This document shows, piece by piece, positions 1 to 14,169 of a stretch of DNA of 64,000 nucleotides. This DNA comes from Octopus vulgaris (lineage: Eukaryota). The notes under the pieces are model-generated. The model was not told the origin of the DNA. It was given only the letters and a program-made list of their open reading frames with translations, and did not search any database. The translations under genes were made by a program, and so were the position numbers. The stretch is from positions 195,920,001 to 195,984,000 of the forward strand of contig OX597814.1 of the NCBI GenBank assembly GCA_951406725.2. The letters run 5' to 3'. How positions within the stretch are numbered: the first letter of the stretch is position 1; each line of letters begins with the position of its first letter.

Positions 1-42
1 TGTAAAACGATATTCCTTAACCATTCTGTTGTGGACACACCA

Positions 43-118
<76 letters not shown>

Positions 119-154
119 ACGCACGTGTGCAGAGCTCCTCTCACGCCGGGACTC

Positions 155-466
155 TGTCGATTACGGCAAGGGTTCCAGTTGATTTGATCAATAAAGCATC
201 CAGCTCGTGAAATTAACATGCAAGTGGCTGAGTACTCCACAGATGCGCGTACCCTTAAAATAGTTCTCAGGGAGATTCAGCGTGAAAAAAGAATGTGAAA
301 AAGTTGGCCCTTTAAAACACGGGTGCAACTCATTTTTGCCAGCTGAATGGACTGGAACCACGTGAAATAAAGTGTCTTGTCCAAGGACATAAGCGCCGCT
401 GGTAATCGAACTCACCACCATACACTCGTTAACCAAATAACTTAACCATTAAGCCGCGCACCTTCA
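155..466 (-). mobile_element. Old tRNA-CORE-like SINE (family D) with family-A-type 3' half
   Basis: Minus strand has a head with GAGTTCGATT B box, then gtccttggacaagacact (CORE-like), then the ctcagccacttgcatgttaatttcacgagc...ggaaccc tail shared with 926-1311. Confidence 0.65.
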
Positions 467-925
467 CCACACACACACACACACATACACATCTGGCATT
501 CGAACTATTATTTTTCTAAATGACTTGACACAAAACAACTTCTATATATATTTCCATTACTCTCAATTTTTCCTTCCTTCTTCTCCACTTTTTCATTCTG
601 TTATGTCTTTAACGTTCCAAAGATCTCAAACCGAAAACTCCAAAAACACTTAAAGCTTTCGCCATCTTTCGTTGAGAGTTGAGCGAGTAATTACGCTTCA
701 TTTTTCACTGTTTCTTTATTTTCGTCGTAAATTTTTTAAACATCTTCAACCCACGCCGCACAAAAACGCACACAAGCACATATGTAAACACACACATACG
801 TTTTTCTTTTGTCTGTGTGGTGGGTACACAAACACGGGATTGTACTGGAAGCAATGAAAAAGTAGACCTTACGTTTGTTTATTTACTCCCACATGTCATT
901 TAACTGGCATATATTAGTAGAGTAA

Positions 926-1311
926 GGAGGCGCAATGGCCCAGTGGTTAGGGCAGCGGACGCGAGGTCATAGGATCGCGGTTTCGATTCCCAGACCGGGC
1001 GTTGCGAGTGTTTATTGAGCGAAAACACTTAAAGCTCCCCGAGGCTCCGGCAGGGGATGGTGGTGATCCCTGCTGTACTCTTTCACCACAACTTTCACTC
1101 ACTCTTACTTCCTGTTTCTGTCGTACCTGTATTTCAAAGGGCCGGCCTTGTCACTCTCTGTGACACGCTGAATATCCCCGAGAACTACGTTAAGGGTACA
1201 CGTGTCTGTGGAGTGCTCAGCCACTTACACGTTAATTTCACGAGCAGGCTGTTCCGTTGATTCGGATCAACCGGAACCCTCGTCGTCGTAACCGACGGAG
1301 TGCTTCCATCC
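926..1311 (+). mobile_element. Full-length tRNA-derived SINE, family A (octopus OR/OK-type)
   Basis: A box TGGCCCAGTGG, B box GGTTTCGATTCC. 13-bp TSD ATTAGTAGAGTAA at 913-925 and 1312-1324. Near-identical copies at 36329-36714 and 63128-63506. Confidence 0.9.
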
Positions 1312-1339
1312 ATTAGTAGAGTAACTCATCCACTATAGT

Positions 1340-2640
1340 TACCCTGACTCTGCCTGTTCTCTTTTAATTGTATCAAAATAAGCGCTTCCAAGAAGAAGCA
1401 ACGTGCCAACGTTGACCTTTTGAAGAAGGAGCAGCGCAAGATATTCGATATCTACAGAAATCTGCGGGTTGATTACAGACATGATGTTAAGGACAGGAAT
1501 AATGTGCATAAATCCATAGAAAGATTTAAAGGAGGAGAAATCAGAATTAAGATTAACGAAGCCGTAGGAGACCACCAATAGCAACCAGCGTCATTAAGCT
1601 CCAGCGAGTGGGCGGACTGATTAGAGAGGAGAGATGTTAAAAGCCGTGAGCTTGTCACACAACTGGACTCCGGTTACAATGCATTACAGAAGACGGTGGA
1701 AAACTTTGGGTTTCGGAAGATGGTCGCAAAGTGGGCAATCCAAAAGGTAACGTTCGATTCGATGGAGACAATGGTGGAAATCTGACGTAGCCTACTGAAA
1801 GCATTTGAGGCTTATGAAAATTATATTATTTTTCTATCTGGAAAGAAGGAATGAAATATGAGCACATGATTTTGATCCAGAAACGAAGGATCAGTCCATT
1901 AAATGAGGTCACAGCTCTTCTCCAACATCTAAGAAGTTTAAGAGTCAGCGATGTTCACAAAACGTAGTAATGAATGCTTTGATGACATTTCAGGATGACG
2001 AAGACGTTATTCTCCATGGTTTTCTGGAACTTGCTTGTACTTTGAATATCAAACGTTGAGATAGCCAAAAAGCTCAGAGAAGCTATTAGAAGGACGAAAC
2101 TGAGCAAAATTTGAAAGCGATACTCATTTACCATGATAAAGCACACGATAAAGCGAGCTGGTAGAAACGTTGGCACGCCGGGCGAAATGCGTAGCCGTAT
2201 TTCGTCTGCCGTTACGTTCAAATTCTGCCGAGGTCGACTTTGCCTTTCATCCTTTCGGGGTCGATAAATTAAGTACCAGTTACGCACTGGGGTCGATGTA
2301 ATCGACTTAATCCGTTTGTCTGTTCTTGTTTGTCCTCTCTGTGTTTAGCCCTTTGTGGGTAATAAAGAAACACATAAAGCACAACCTTACACAGACTTGT
2401 GACATCCAATCAGGCAACTGATAACATCATCGTTGCTGGTCCACGATCCACCGTACGGATTTGATCTGGTCTTCACCGACTTCAAGCTCTATGAACTATC
2501 CGGGAAAAAAAAACTGATGAAACAGACTACATGAGAGTGACTACAGCAGTGCACGCCTGAGTTTCTTTCAAATAGGATTCGAAAATTGGGTTCAACGATG
2601 GCTGAAAGGAATCACTTGTGATTGAAACTACACTGAATTG
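1340..2640 (+). pseudogene. Decayed mariner transposase, interrupted by a SINE
   Basis: Fragments read LGFRKMVAKW (WVP-like), HDFDPETKDQS and HDPPYGFDLVFTDF (HPPYSPDLAPSDF-like). Many stops and frameshifts; boundaries approximate. Confidence 0.65.
2151..2372 (+). mobile_element. SINE family C monomer
   Basis: gcgagctggtagaaacg head, GCCTTTCATCCTTTCGGGGTCGATAAAT core, tail ...gtgggtaataaagaaa. Flanked by a repeated ATAAAGCAC. Confidence 0.85.
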
Positions 2641-2769
2641 CAAGTTTCTATAGAGGAAGGAATACTCAACCAGCATGCCTACTTTTACATCACGTTCGGT
2701 GTAAACACCGTGTGCAAGGGTATGTCTACATACATATATTCATGCATACATACATGCATACATATACTC

Positions 2770-3306
2770 TTTACTCTTTTACTCTTTTACTTGTTTCAGT
2801 CATTTGACTGTGGCCATGCTGGAGCACCACCTATAATCGAGCAACTCGACCCCAGGACTTGTTCTTTGTAAGCCCAGTACTTATTCTATCGGTCTCTTTT
2901 GCCGAACCTCTAAGTGACGGGGACATAAACACACCAGCATCGGTTGTCAAGCAAATATACACGCACTAATATATATACATATATATACATATATACGACG
3001 GGCTTCTTTCAGTTTCCGTCTACCAAATCCACTCACAAGGCTTTGGTCGGCCCGAGGCTATAGTAGAAGACGCTTGCTCAAGGTGCCACGCAGTGGGACT
3101 GAACCGGAAACCATATGGTTGGTAAACAAGCTACTTTATTTCATCTAATTTGCCACAGGGGCATTACACAGATGTAGCTTTGCGGGCTGGACATAGACAT
3201 TAATGGTATGAATGATGGTGATGGAACGAAGATGATGATGGGAGAAGACAAAAGCGCCCGCCGACTTCCGCTTCTCTAAACAAGCTACTTACCACACAGC
3301 CACTCT
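2770..3306 (-). mobile_element. SINE family B (tRNA-CORE-like, internal microsatellite), interrupted by a 140-bp insert
   Basis: Matches copies at 33720-34146 and elsewhere. Insert 3137-3276 is flanked by TSD TAAACAAGCTACTT. Confidence 0.85.
3137..3276 (-). mobile_element. Short 3' retroelement fragment (possible partner LINE tail of SINE family C)
   Basis: 14-bp TSD at 3123-3136 and 3277-3290. The minus-strand end ctgtgtaatgcccctgtggcaaattagatgaaata resembles the family C tail. Confidence 0.6.
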
Positions 3307-3779
3307 TACGTATGTGTTTAGAAGTAGCAGTGAACTGTAGTGTTAAAGCCGAAGCAGTTTTTCGAATTTTACACTTTGATATGTCTCTTTAGGCGAAGCT
3401 TTGAAGGCAATATCATCTTTAAAGAATAGCAAGGCTGTAGACAAAAGAAATACATACATGGATTAATATACATGCATATAAGTATGTTTGTGCGTATGTA
3501 TGTGCGCGTGCGTGCGTGCGTGCGCGCGAGCGTGTATACATGCATACTTACACAGAGACAATTTCACACACACACATTCACATACTCACACAAACATATA
3601 TAATTTTTGAACTCATATATAAATATACATACAACCATATATACATATACATACATACATATATATATATATGTATATATATATATACATATATATGAAC
3701 ACAAATATGCAAGGGATATTCGCACAAACACACACACACATATATATATGAACACAAAAATCCAAGAGATATGCGCAGA

Positions 3780-3828
<49 letters not shown>

Positions 3829-4088
3829 GTATATATATGCATATATATTCATACATATAGATATGTTTCTTTCGCTTAGATTCGATATTGACATCAAAGT
3901 TTCGCCGAAGATGGCTTATCTAACTGGAAATTTTGAAGAAAAATTTCAGATTCATTGCTTTGAAGCAAATGCTACCATACACATATGCATACACACAAGC
4001 GCGCACACACACGCATATATATATATTTGTGTTTGTGTATGCGAGTGTGTACTCATACATCATCATGCCTTTGTGTGTAGACACAGGG

Positions 4089-4253
<165 letters not shown>

Positions 4254-4264
4254 ATATATATATA

Positions 4265-5728
4265 TTAAGGTATGTAGAAAAATACAACATGGACAAGAAC
4301 GTATAACTCTTAGAAGACGACACAATAAACACGGACAGGACATTCGAAACCCTCAGTCTTCAGTCAAGAACCGGATCATCGTAGTAATTTCGGCTGATTA
4401 ATCTTGAGATTACTAGATCACGGCCAGCCCTCCAAGAAAAACCAAGCAACGAGCATTAGAAAAACTAAGCTGGAAGCGTAGATTTCCTGGAAGAAGGATC
4501 GAATGCATACGAACACCAGGACAGCAAAAGGGACAGATATAAAAAAACAAAAAACAATAATGGAATACAGAAACATGAAATACAGAAGCATTAACGGTGA
4601 AAACAACAGTGTCTTACGACTGATAACAAGCAAACAAATTTTTTCTCTGGCGCAATGGAAAAAGCCTTTATAGTGGCGGACGAAAACAGCGATGTTAACA
4701 GAACGAGGGTCAGAGGCTGAAAGGCAGATTTCGGCCAACAGTCACGTGACAGAGAAGAGGGAAAAGAAAAGAAAGAGAAGCAAAGGAAGAGAGAGAGAGA
4801 GGAGGGACAAACGCAACAAAGAGAGAGAAGAGAGAGAAAGAAGGAATCAGAGAGGAGAAGGGATGGGTGTCGAAGAATGACCTGTGAGTGCAGAGCGAGA
4901 CAAAGAAATAGGAGGGTAGTGGAAGACTAGACCAAAGAATCAGAGGAAAGAGAAGAGAAAAAGAGGATGAGTAGAGAGAAAAGAGAGAGAGGGGGACAGA
5001 TCAAGTAAAAATGAGAGAGAGAGAGAGACAAACAGAGAGTCGTACCAATTATTAAGAATATGTGCTCACATAAATGTTAAGGGGGGTACGGGGCGCCTGG
5101 AATATATGTTAAGGTATGTAGAAAAATACAACATGGACAAGAACGTATAACTCTTAGAAGACGACACAATAAACACGGACAGGACATTCGAAACCCTCAG
5201 TCTTCAGTCAAGAACCGGATCATCGTAGTAATTTCGGCTGATTAATCTTGAGATTACTAGATCACGGCCAGCCCTCCAAGAAAAACCAAGCAACGAGCAT
5301 TAGAAAAACTAAGCTGGAAGCGTAGATTTCCTGGAAGAAGGATCGAATGCATACGAACACCAGGACAGCAAAAGGGACAGATATAAAAAAACAAAAAACA
5401 ATAATGGAATACAGAAACATGAAATACAGAAGCATTAACGGTGAAAACAACAGTGTCTTACGACTGATAACAAGCAAACAAATTTTTTCTCTGGCGCAAT
5501 GGAAAAAGCCTTTATAGTGGCGGACGAAAACAGCGATGTTAACAGAACGAGGGTCAGAGGCTGAAAGGCAGATTTCGGCCAACAGTCACGTGACAGAGAA
5601 GAGGGAAAAGAAAAGAAAGAGAAGCAAAGGAAGAGAGAGAGAGAGGAGGGACAAACGCAACAAAGAGAGAGAAGAGAGAGAAAGAAGGAATCAGAGAGGA
5701 GAAGGGATGGGTGTCGAAGAATGACCTG
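4265..5728. mobile_element. Non-coding element with 620-bp direct repeats (4265-4884, 5109-5728) inserted in (TA)n
   Basis: Offset 844 bp, repeats apparently identical (duplicate ORFs in the track), 224-bp spacer, (TA)n on both sides. PLE-like partial tandem. Confidence 0.8.
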
Positions 5729-5777
5729 ATATATATTTATATATATATATATTTATATATATATATATTTATATATA

Positions 5778-5812
<35 letters not shown>

Positions 5813-6183
5813 GCATACATATATGTGTGTGTGTGCGTGTGTGTGTGTATTTACCCTGTCGTCTTGGCTGTCATTGAACTGAAGAAGATTAGCTGCATTG
5901 AGTTATGTGAATTGGGAAGGGAAACAGAAAATATTTCACCATAGATATGGCAGTGGAAATCTAAGAAGAACATGAAAGGAGGCGAGAACAAAGAATATAA
6001 CGGAGCGATTATATTAAGAAAATGGCGGCTGCATGTTTTATGATGTTAAAATTGCACTCAGTTTAGTGCGATAGTTGTAAGAGTAACGAAAGAAGGCGAA
6101 AAACGTGTTACAGTTTGATTTAAAAAAGAACCTCGCCTTTCCTTGTAGCATCAACAATCCCGGGAGAGAACCGGTATGTGGAG

Positions 6184-6416
6184 TGGCGGCGAGCTGGCAG
6201 AAACGTTAGCACGGCGGGCGAAATGCTAAGCGGTATTTCTTCTATGTTACGTTGTGAGTTCGAATTCCGCCGAGGTCGACTTTGCCTTTCATCCTTTCGG
6301 GGTCGATTAAATAAGTACCAGTTACGCACTGGGGTCGATATAATCGACTTAATCCGTTTGTCTGTCCTTGTTCGTCCTCTCTGAGTTTAGCCCCTTGTGG
6401 GTAGTAAAGAAATAGG
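6184..6416 (+). mobile_element. SINE family C monomer
   Basis: Full head (A box, GAGTTCGAATTCC B box), core and tail A. Flanked by a repeated GGTATGTGG. Confidence 0.9.
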
Positions 6417-7054
6417 TATGTGGGGTGGTGGATGAGCAATATTTTGGTAAGTGTTGAAGTCGCCAGAGTTTACATCTTAAAACTGCAGTGTAGAAGGCAG
6501 AGAATAAGTGCGGGAGATTTTGTGGTAAATATGACGAGAAGCCGGTATAGCATATGTCCAGGTGAAAGAAGCGAGTGGGAGGGAAAATTGAGATTATGTA
6601 TTTGTAGACATCACCATTTGGAACGGAGTTTGAGGTGAGAGTATCACCTGGCCATTAGAAATTGATTGTTGATTGGAGTTCAGAAATTTGTCGCTCAGAG
6701 AGAAATGCAATGTGTAATTTGTAAGAGATGATACATGAGATTTTTGTTAAATTGATGACGAGGGATGTTCAAGAGAGGAGAAAAAATTTGACCAGAGAAT
6801 TTTGTTCTTTGTTTCGACATCTTAGGGAAGTGTAAAGGTTGGTGTTGAGTAGTTAAGGGTCAGTGAAATCCGTTTGAATGCTTGTATGACAGCGCAAACA
6901 CCACAACGGAAACCCATCGGTTAAATGGTGATGGTAAGACGGCTGTTGTTATGTGTGTGTGCGTGTTAGTGTGTTACCAAGGCATAGAGAACTATTGCGT
7001 CATATTTAACAGGAATGCGTCTGAGTAGTAGAAGTACTAGTTGTAGCAGTAGTA

Positions 7055-7093
<39 letters not shown>

Positions 7094-7231
7094 TTAATTA
7101 TTATTATTAATATTTTTGCCACAGGGCAGCTTGTGGGAGGAGATTAAGTCGATTACATCGACCCCAGTGCGTACCTGGTACTTATTTAATCGACCTCGAA
7201 AGGGGAGATAACAAGCCAAACATCATTGAAA

Positions 7232-7328
7232 GTTTCATCCGGTTCTTGAGATATCTTGTCCACAAACAAACAAACAAACAAACATGACTGAAAACAATAA
7301 CTCTGCCTTCGCTAAGGCGGAGGTAATA
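7232..7328 (-). mobile_element. End of a non-autonomous DNA element (Crypton/Helitron-like)
   Basis: Minus strand ATTACCTCCGCCTTAGCGAAGGCAGAG hairpin followed by TTATTGTTTTC and (TTTG)n, an end architecture I recall from such elements. Confidence 0.4.
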
Positions 7329-7392
7329 ACTATAAGTAAGAGTAAAAGAAGCATTAAAAGAAAGACGAGTAGGCGAAGAAGAAAGAAGAACA

Positions 7393-7795
<403 letters not shown>

Positions 7796-8159
7796 ACGAA
7801 AATCTACTATTAGTTTAGCAAGTGAAAGAGATAATAGAATGAACGCGGAGAGGAGGTGAGTGCAGTGAGTCATTAGTTAACAGAGGTCACAACACTAGTT
7901 CAGAATTCCAAGTTGTCGTTGTTGCTGTTGTTGTTGTTCTAGTTGCTGTTTTTGTTGTTGTTGATTCAGTTATTTTAGTCGTTCGTTCGTTCGTAGGATG
8001 CTTTATTTTGCGTTAAACAATACGTAATTACTCGGAACACCGAAAATAATAACAAAATTGTATAAACCATTTCTATTCTATTCCATTCTATTTAAAAGAG
8101 AAAAAAAGACACGAAGATATTTTGTGCGAATGATAGAGAGCAAAAACACTGCCTACTCA

Positions 8160-8163
<4 letters not shown>

Positions 8164-8224
<61 letters not shown>

Positions 8225-8429
8225 AGAGGAACACATACACTCAGAGAAACTCTCTCTCTCTCACACACACACTCAGAGGAACACATACATACACTCAGAG
8301 AAACTCTCTCTCACACCCACACTCAGAGGAACACATACACTCAGAGGAACACATACACTCAAAGAAACTGTCTCTCTCTCTCTCAAACACACACACACTC
8401 AGAGGAACACATACATACACTCAGAGAAA

Positions 8430-8470
<41 letters not shown>

Positions 8471-9660
8471 TCAGAGGAACACATACACTCAGAGAAACTC
8501 TCTCTCACACACACATACACACTCAGAGGAACACATACATACACTCAGAGAAGCTCTCTCTCTCTCTCACACACACACTCAGAGGAACACATACATACAC
8601 TCAGAGAAACTCTCTCTCTCTCTCTCTCTCACACACACTCACACTCAGAGGAACACATACACTCAGAGAAACTCTCTCTCTCACACACACACTCAGAGGA
8701 ACACATACACTCAGAGAAACTCTCCCTCTCTCACACACACTCAGAGGAACACATACACTCAAAGAAACTCTCTCTCTCTCTCACACACACACACTCAGAG
8801 GAACACATACACCCAGAGAAACTCTCTCTCTCTCACACACACACACTCAGAGGAACACATACACTCAGAGAAACTCTCTCTCTCTCTCTCACACACACAC
8901 TCAGAGGAACACATACACTCAGAGAAACTCTCTCTCTCTCACACACACACTCAGAGGAACACATACACCCAGAGAAACTCTCTCTCAAACACACACACTC
9001 AGAGGAACACATACACTCAGAGAAACTCTCTCTCACACACACACTCAGAGGAACACATACACTCAGAGAAACTCTCTCTCACACACACTCAGAGGAACAC
9101 ATACACTCAGAGAAACTCTCTCTCACACACACACTCAGAGGAACACATACACTCAGAGAAACTCTCTCTCTCTCACACACACACTCAGAGGAACACATAC
9201 ACCCAGAGAAACTCTCTCTCTCACACACACTCAGAGGAACACATACACTCAGAGAAACTCTCTCTCTCTCACACGCACACTCAGAGGAACACATACATAC
9301 ACTCAGAGAAACTCTCTCTCTCACACACACACACTCAGAGGAACACATACATACACTCAGAGAAACTCTCTCTCTCTCACACGCACACTCAGAGGAACAC
9401 ATACATACACTCAGAGAAACTCTCTCTCTCACACACACACACTCAGAGGAACACATACATACACTCAGAGAAACTCTCTCTCTCTCTCTCTCTCATACAC
9501 ACACTCAGAGGAATACATACACTCAGAGAAACTCTCTTTCTCTCTCACACACACACAATCAAAGGAACACACACATACACTCAGAGAAACTCTCTCTCTC
9601 TCACACACACTCAGAGGAACACATACATACACCCAGAGAAACTCTCTCTCTCACACAGAC
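8164..9660. repeat. Compound minisatellite, ~40-55 bp unit
   Basis: Unit (CA)n-CTCAGAGGAACACATACA-CTCAGAGAAA-(CT)n, repeated about 30 times. Source of the 553-aa ORF. Confidence 0.95.
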
Positions 9661-9987
9661 ACTCACAAGCGCTCACATACATGGACAGAAAGACAGTGAG
9701 ATATGGAGCTAGACAATAGGCATACATGCACTTCAAACTGCACATCTTAACTCATGAAAAGACGAAAAGAAATAAATGCAAGGCATTTATCACAGAAATG
9801 GTCAATAAGGAAGTAAAATAAATTAAATTGGAGCCAGGAAAGTATATACCTGGAAAGAGGAACGGATATTAAGGAAATTTAACTATAGAATAGAAATTTT
9901 ATATGTAATATTATTTCCAGGTCTGTGTCCAATACATACATACGCACATATATACGTACACACACACTCACATATATACACACACAA

Positions 9988-10043
<56 letters not shown>

Positions 10044-10298
10044 ATGTGTGTTTATATTTATAAGTAACGAACACAATAGAGCGAGTAATCAACATTACAT
10101 TTGTGAACGACTATTTTCTTTTAATAGTTAAACGCTGTTAGTACAGCACCGATGGTTTTATATAACTACAATTTGTAATTATTCAACAATAGTTTGAATA
10201 ATTCTAGTAAAACGGAAATTCTTCTTAGAATGAATGCATTGAGGTACCTTAGTAACCGCAAAAAGTTACTAAAAAGATGTATGTATGTATGTATGTAT

Positions 10299-10350
<52 letters not shown>

Positions 10351-10432
10351 CCGGCGTAAGCACATAAAAGTAAGCTTAGAGTAGCAACTTTTGTTATATT
10401 TCTGCTGCTTTTAAATAAAGTAAATATGTGTA

Positions 10433-10479
<47 letters not shown>

Positions 10480-10699
10480 GTATACATGTGTATACATATA
10501 TGTATATGTATCTATATGCGCATACACAGACACACACACACTCACACACACTCACGCACACACACACACATATATATATATTGAGTAATGGATGCATCTT
10601 TTCAGGTGTATATTACTAACTTGGCAATAAAAAAAATACGGCTGGACGGCTGGATCCTTAGAACATTCAGAACGAGAGAACAGGAAACCATGATGGACT

Positions 10700-13170
10700 T
10701 CTGGCGGACATTTGTATTGAGCCGTTTAGATCACTGCTCCCACCTGTAGTCACAGCACTGTATAAAATTAACGCGGGAACTTGAAACAAACCAGCATATC
10801 TACACAAAGAACATCGTCCCAATGCGACACGTCGACTGCAAGGAGGGATTGAAAACCGAAATACGCTATTCGCTAGAACGAATGTGGAAAAGACATGCAG
10901 CGATAAACATTTGGAAAATCTTAGAAGAATTTTTGCCAAACCTTGGTATAGAAAGTTATACAAAAAGCAGAACTGTGTGTCACTGCATAGTGCTAAAGGT
11001 CCGATATTGTCATCGGAATTCAGGACTAAATACTGAAACAGGTTGGGCTTCAAAAGCCACAGATCTTCAGTATCATCCCACAAAACCTGAGAGACCTACT
11101 TGGGGTGGATGTAGGCATCTTCAAAACAAAAACAGATCTCCTTCTGCCAAGCTGAATTTACCTCGCGGCCAAAAACACATGAGGGCAGCAACCTGAAACT
11201 TCTTCATTCACCAAATGCCACATGTCAGAGAAGGTTTAGTGAAAGCTTAGCAAAGCTAACGGAGGGAGAAGAATATCCGTCCTACCAACACCCAGTTAGA
11301 ATGCCACATGTACTTCAGTACTTTGAGCTTTTGCAATGGTCTCTACCCGCAGTTATTCCCATTCTCGGGCGTGAATTCTCATTTTCGATGAAGGGTACAA
11401 GGAATAAAACCTATATCAATGTTGTGAAAGGCCGACCGGCTGAAGATAAATTCGGTTTACTTAATTGAGGCATTGATAAATTAAAATGAGCAACTATATA
11501 CCTATTTCTTTACTACACACAAGGGGCTACACACAGAGGGAACAAACAAGCACAGACAAACGGATTAAGTCGATTATATCGACCCCAGTGCGTAACTGGT
11601 ACTTATTTAATCGATCCCGAAAGGATGAAAGGCAAACTCGATCTCAGCGGGATTTTAACTCAGAACGTAGCAGCAGACGAAATACCGCTAAGAATTTCGC
11701 CCAGCGTGCTAACATTTCTGCCAGCTCGCCGCCTTCATGAGCAACTATATACCATACTTAATGAATGTATACACTGTTGATAGGCATGTTGCTTCCCTAT
11801 TTTCCAGAGATGACATCTGTGTTAAAATCTGAGATGACGTGCTGTGTTAAAAATACATAAACATCGGAGCGAGAAGAAAATACGTCCCATTTGCGGTCAG
11901 AGAGAATGCTGGATACATTTCACCACCTGTATCAATGGAAGTCAAAAATAACTCTCTTATATCTAAGGCATAGGAAGGGCAACTTCGACAGTATCTAGAT
12001 GAAAAATCAGCTGCCAGCCCTCTGCATTAGGGCATTATTGAAAATACATGGTAGTTTTCCTGCAGGAATCCATGTATTTTATGTCAAAAAAATCCACGAT
12101 AGTTTTGACAGGTATAACGCTCAAATCAAGTAGCTAATTACAGAGAAAACGGTCAGCTTTTCTAACCTTCTAAAATGACAAGATTAATGAGCAAAGGTTA
12201 CAAAGAAGAAACAAATTCATGCAATGGAGGATAATTAGGGGCAGTTCATTCACTGCTTTAAATGCAAGGCAGACGTTTCCGCAATTAAAGAAATTTGCTG
12301 TTGCAATAAAGAATGTTAAAAATCCCTCATATCCATACACGGTTCCAAATATATAAAGGAACACGCAACTATCGTCGACCGTTGAGAAGAACAATACACT
12401 AAACGTTTTATAACGAAGCTCCCAAGTTAGATCTTACAATTGAAGTATAATGCCGAAGAGAAAATTTTGAACTGAAAAAGACAGAATTTATGTAAATGGT
12501 AGCAGGAGATGTGGGACCTGTAAATCAAAAACGAGTTTGATACTTGATAATTCCTTGCAGTGAGGGACCTACTTAAACATCAAGAGGAGTACGTTCATCA
12601 GCTGCCCCTACCTCAATAAGTACATTTTATGATTTTAGTCACTATCAAAGCGATAATGATACCATTTTTGCGTGCAACATTGCACAGAGCATTGTTATCC
12701 CTCCGTTTCTCCAACCTTTACTAATGTTGCTAAATTTGGCATCATATCATCATACATCCATACCACCCCTTTTCATCGCGTTCACAATTGTAATCCCAAA
12801 TTTCTATGTTATCTGTGCAGACCAATATTTCGAAATTTTCAATTTATTTCTCATTTATTATCAATGAGTATTATTCTATCTTGTATTATACATTTTATCA
12901 ATTTCTCTTAATTAAAAATTTTTTTTCAATAATTTTATAGAGTATTTTTTATCAATTATTATTTTTATGAATTTTTCTATCAATTTCTTTATCATTTCTC
13001 ATTTAAAAAGAAATTAATTTGTTATTCCAATAATTTTAAAAATTACTTCATCCCTCCAGTTTTAATTTTCGCTTATGCTTTCAGTGGATTCTCAATTATC
13101 TTTGCCTCACAATTCCCTTTCAACTGTACCTTACTGTAAGTATAAATGTTTTAACGCTTAGTAAACGCTT
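10700..13170 (+). pseudogene. Very old PLE-like remnant (tentative)
   Basis: C-NGSRRCGTCK zinc-linker-like motif near 12491-12523, followed by an AT-rich pLTR-like tail. RT motifs not recovered. Confidence 0.3.
11503..11736 (-). mobile_element. SINE family C monomer
   Basis: 17-bp TSD ATGAGCAACTATATACC at 11486-11502 and 11737-11753. Confidence 0.9.
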
Positions 13171-13369
13171 TTCCAGAAAACTATTCGTACTTCCGCCATG
13201 TGTAGAGTTGTTTCGGTAGAGTTGTTTCCGCCATGCGTAGAGATTGTATAGAACTGAATCAATTCAATTCGAATTTTGCTTGAATTGATGTGGAGCTCGG
13301 AGCAACTTGGTTTGACAGTGATTCCAAACTATAAAATTATATATTGCCCAAAGCCCCCTCCGTTATTTT

Positions 13370-13370
13370 A

Positions 13371-13467
<97 letters not shown>

Positions 13468-13476
13468 GTCTATCTA

Positions 13477-13575
<99 letters not shown>

Positions 13576-13588
13576 GCCTGTCTGTCTT
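13370..13588. repeat. (TATC)n/(TGTC)n microsatellite
   Basis: Direct reading. Similar tracts at 16340-16530, 41757-41815 and 43508-43660. Confidence 0.95.
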
Positions 13589-13949
13589 AATGGGAACTTT
13601 GGGTTAGTTAAAATGTTTGTGATACGTTTTAGCCACTAAAGGCAAATTCACTGCAGTTACTATAGAGAAAATATTCTCTCTTGTGGAAAAAGGTGTAAAA
13701 ACTCCCTATCTACTTAATGTTTCTCTCTATCGGATTTCCAGTCAGCTGCTTCGGTATCTTTATCCTTCCTCAATGGGAAATAACAAAGAGAAGTAAATCT
13801 GGGCAGATTCAAAGACGTTTATTGTTGGCCGTCACGAAAAAGAATACTCAGTATATTAATAAATTTTTATGCGCCCTTTTCAAGCCTTCTACGGCGTATG
13901 TGTTCCCCGCAGCTGGACCGGACGCCAGTTCATCACAGCGTTACTCAAG

Positions 13950-14139
13950 AAACAGGAAGAAAGAGTGAGTGAAAGTTGGGGCGAAAGAGTACATGGGACG
14001 CCGCCCTCTCCCTGCCAGAGCAACGTGGAGCTTTAGGTGTTTTCGCTCAATAAACACACACAACGCTCGGTCTGAGAATCGAAACCGCGATCCTCCGACC
14101 GCGAGTCCGCTTCCCTAACCACTGGGCCATTGCGTCTCC
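13950..14139 (-). mobile_element. SINE family A, 5' half
   Basis: Head matches 926-1115. The normal 3' half is absent. Confidence 0.8.
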
Positions 14140-14169
14140 ACATATTAATACATACATATACATATATCC

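Noticed and set aside
926-1000. Functional tRNA gene (also 35302-35362 and 63128-63200)
   Set aside because: These are SINE heads: imperfect cloverleaf, continuous with the SINE body, and TSD-flanked.
4340-4440. Canonical hammerhead in the 620-bp repeat
   Set aside because: CTGAAGA and GAAA pieces are present but could not be assembled into a valid core with paired stems I and III.
6420-6900. Possible old RT remnant on the minus strand
   Set aside because: Too decayed; no motif could be confirmed.
8058-9719. 553-aa ORF
   Set aside because: Read-through of a minisatellite; the peptide phase shifts with microsatellite length.
10822-11196. 124-aa ORF as a host exon
   Set aside because: No recognisable domain or splice context; it lies in probable decayed retroelement sequence.
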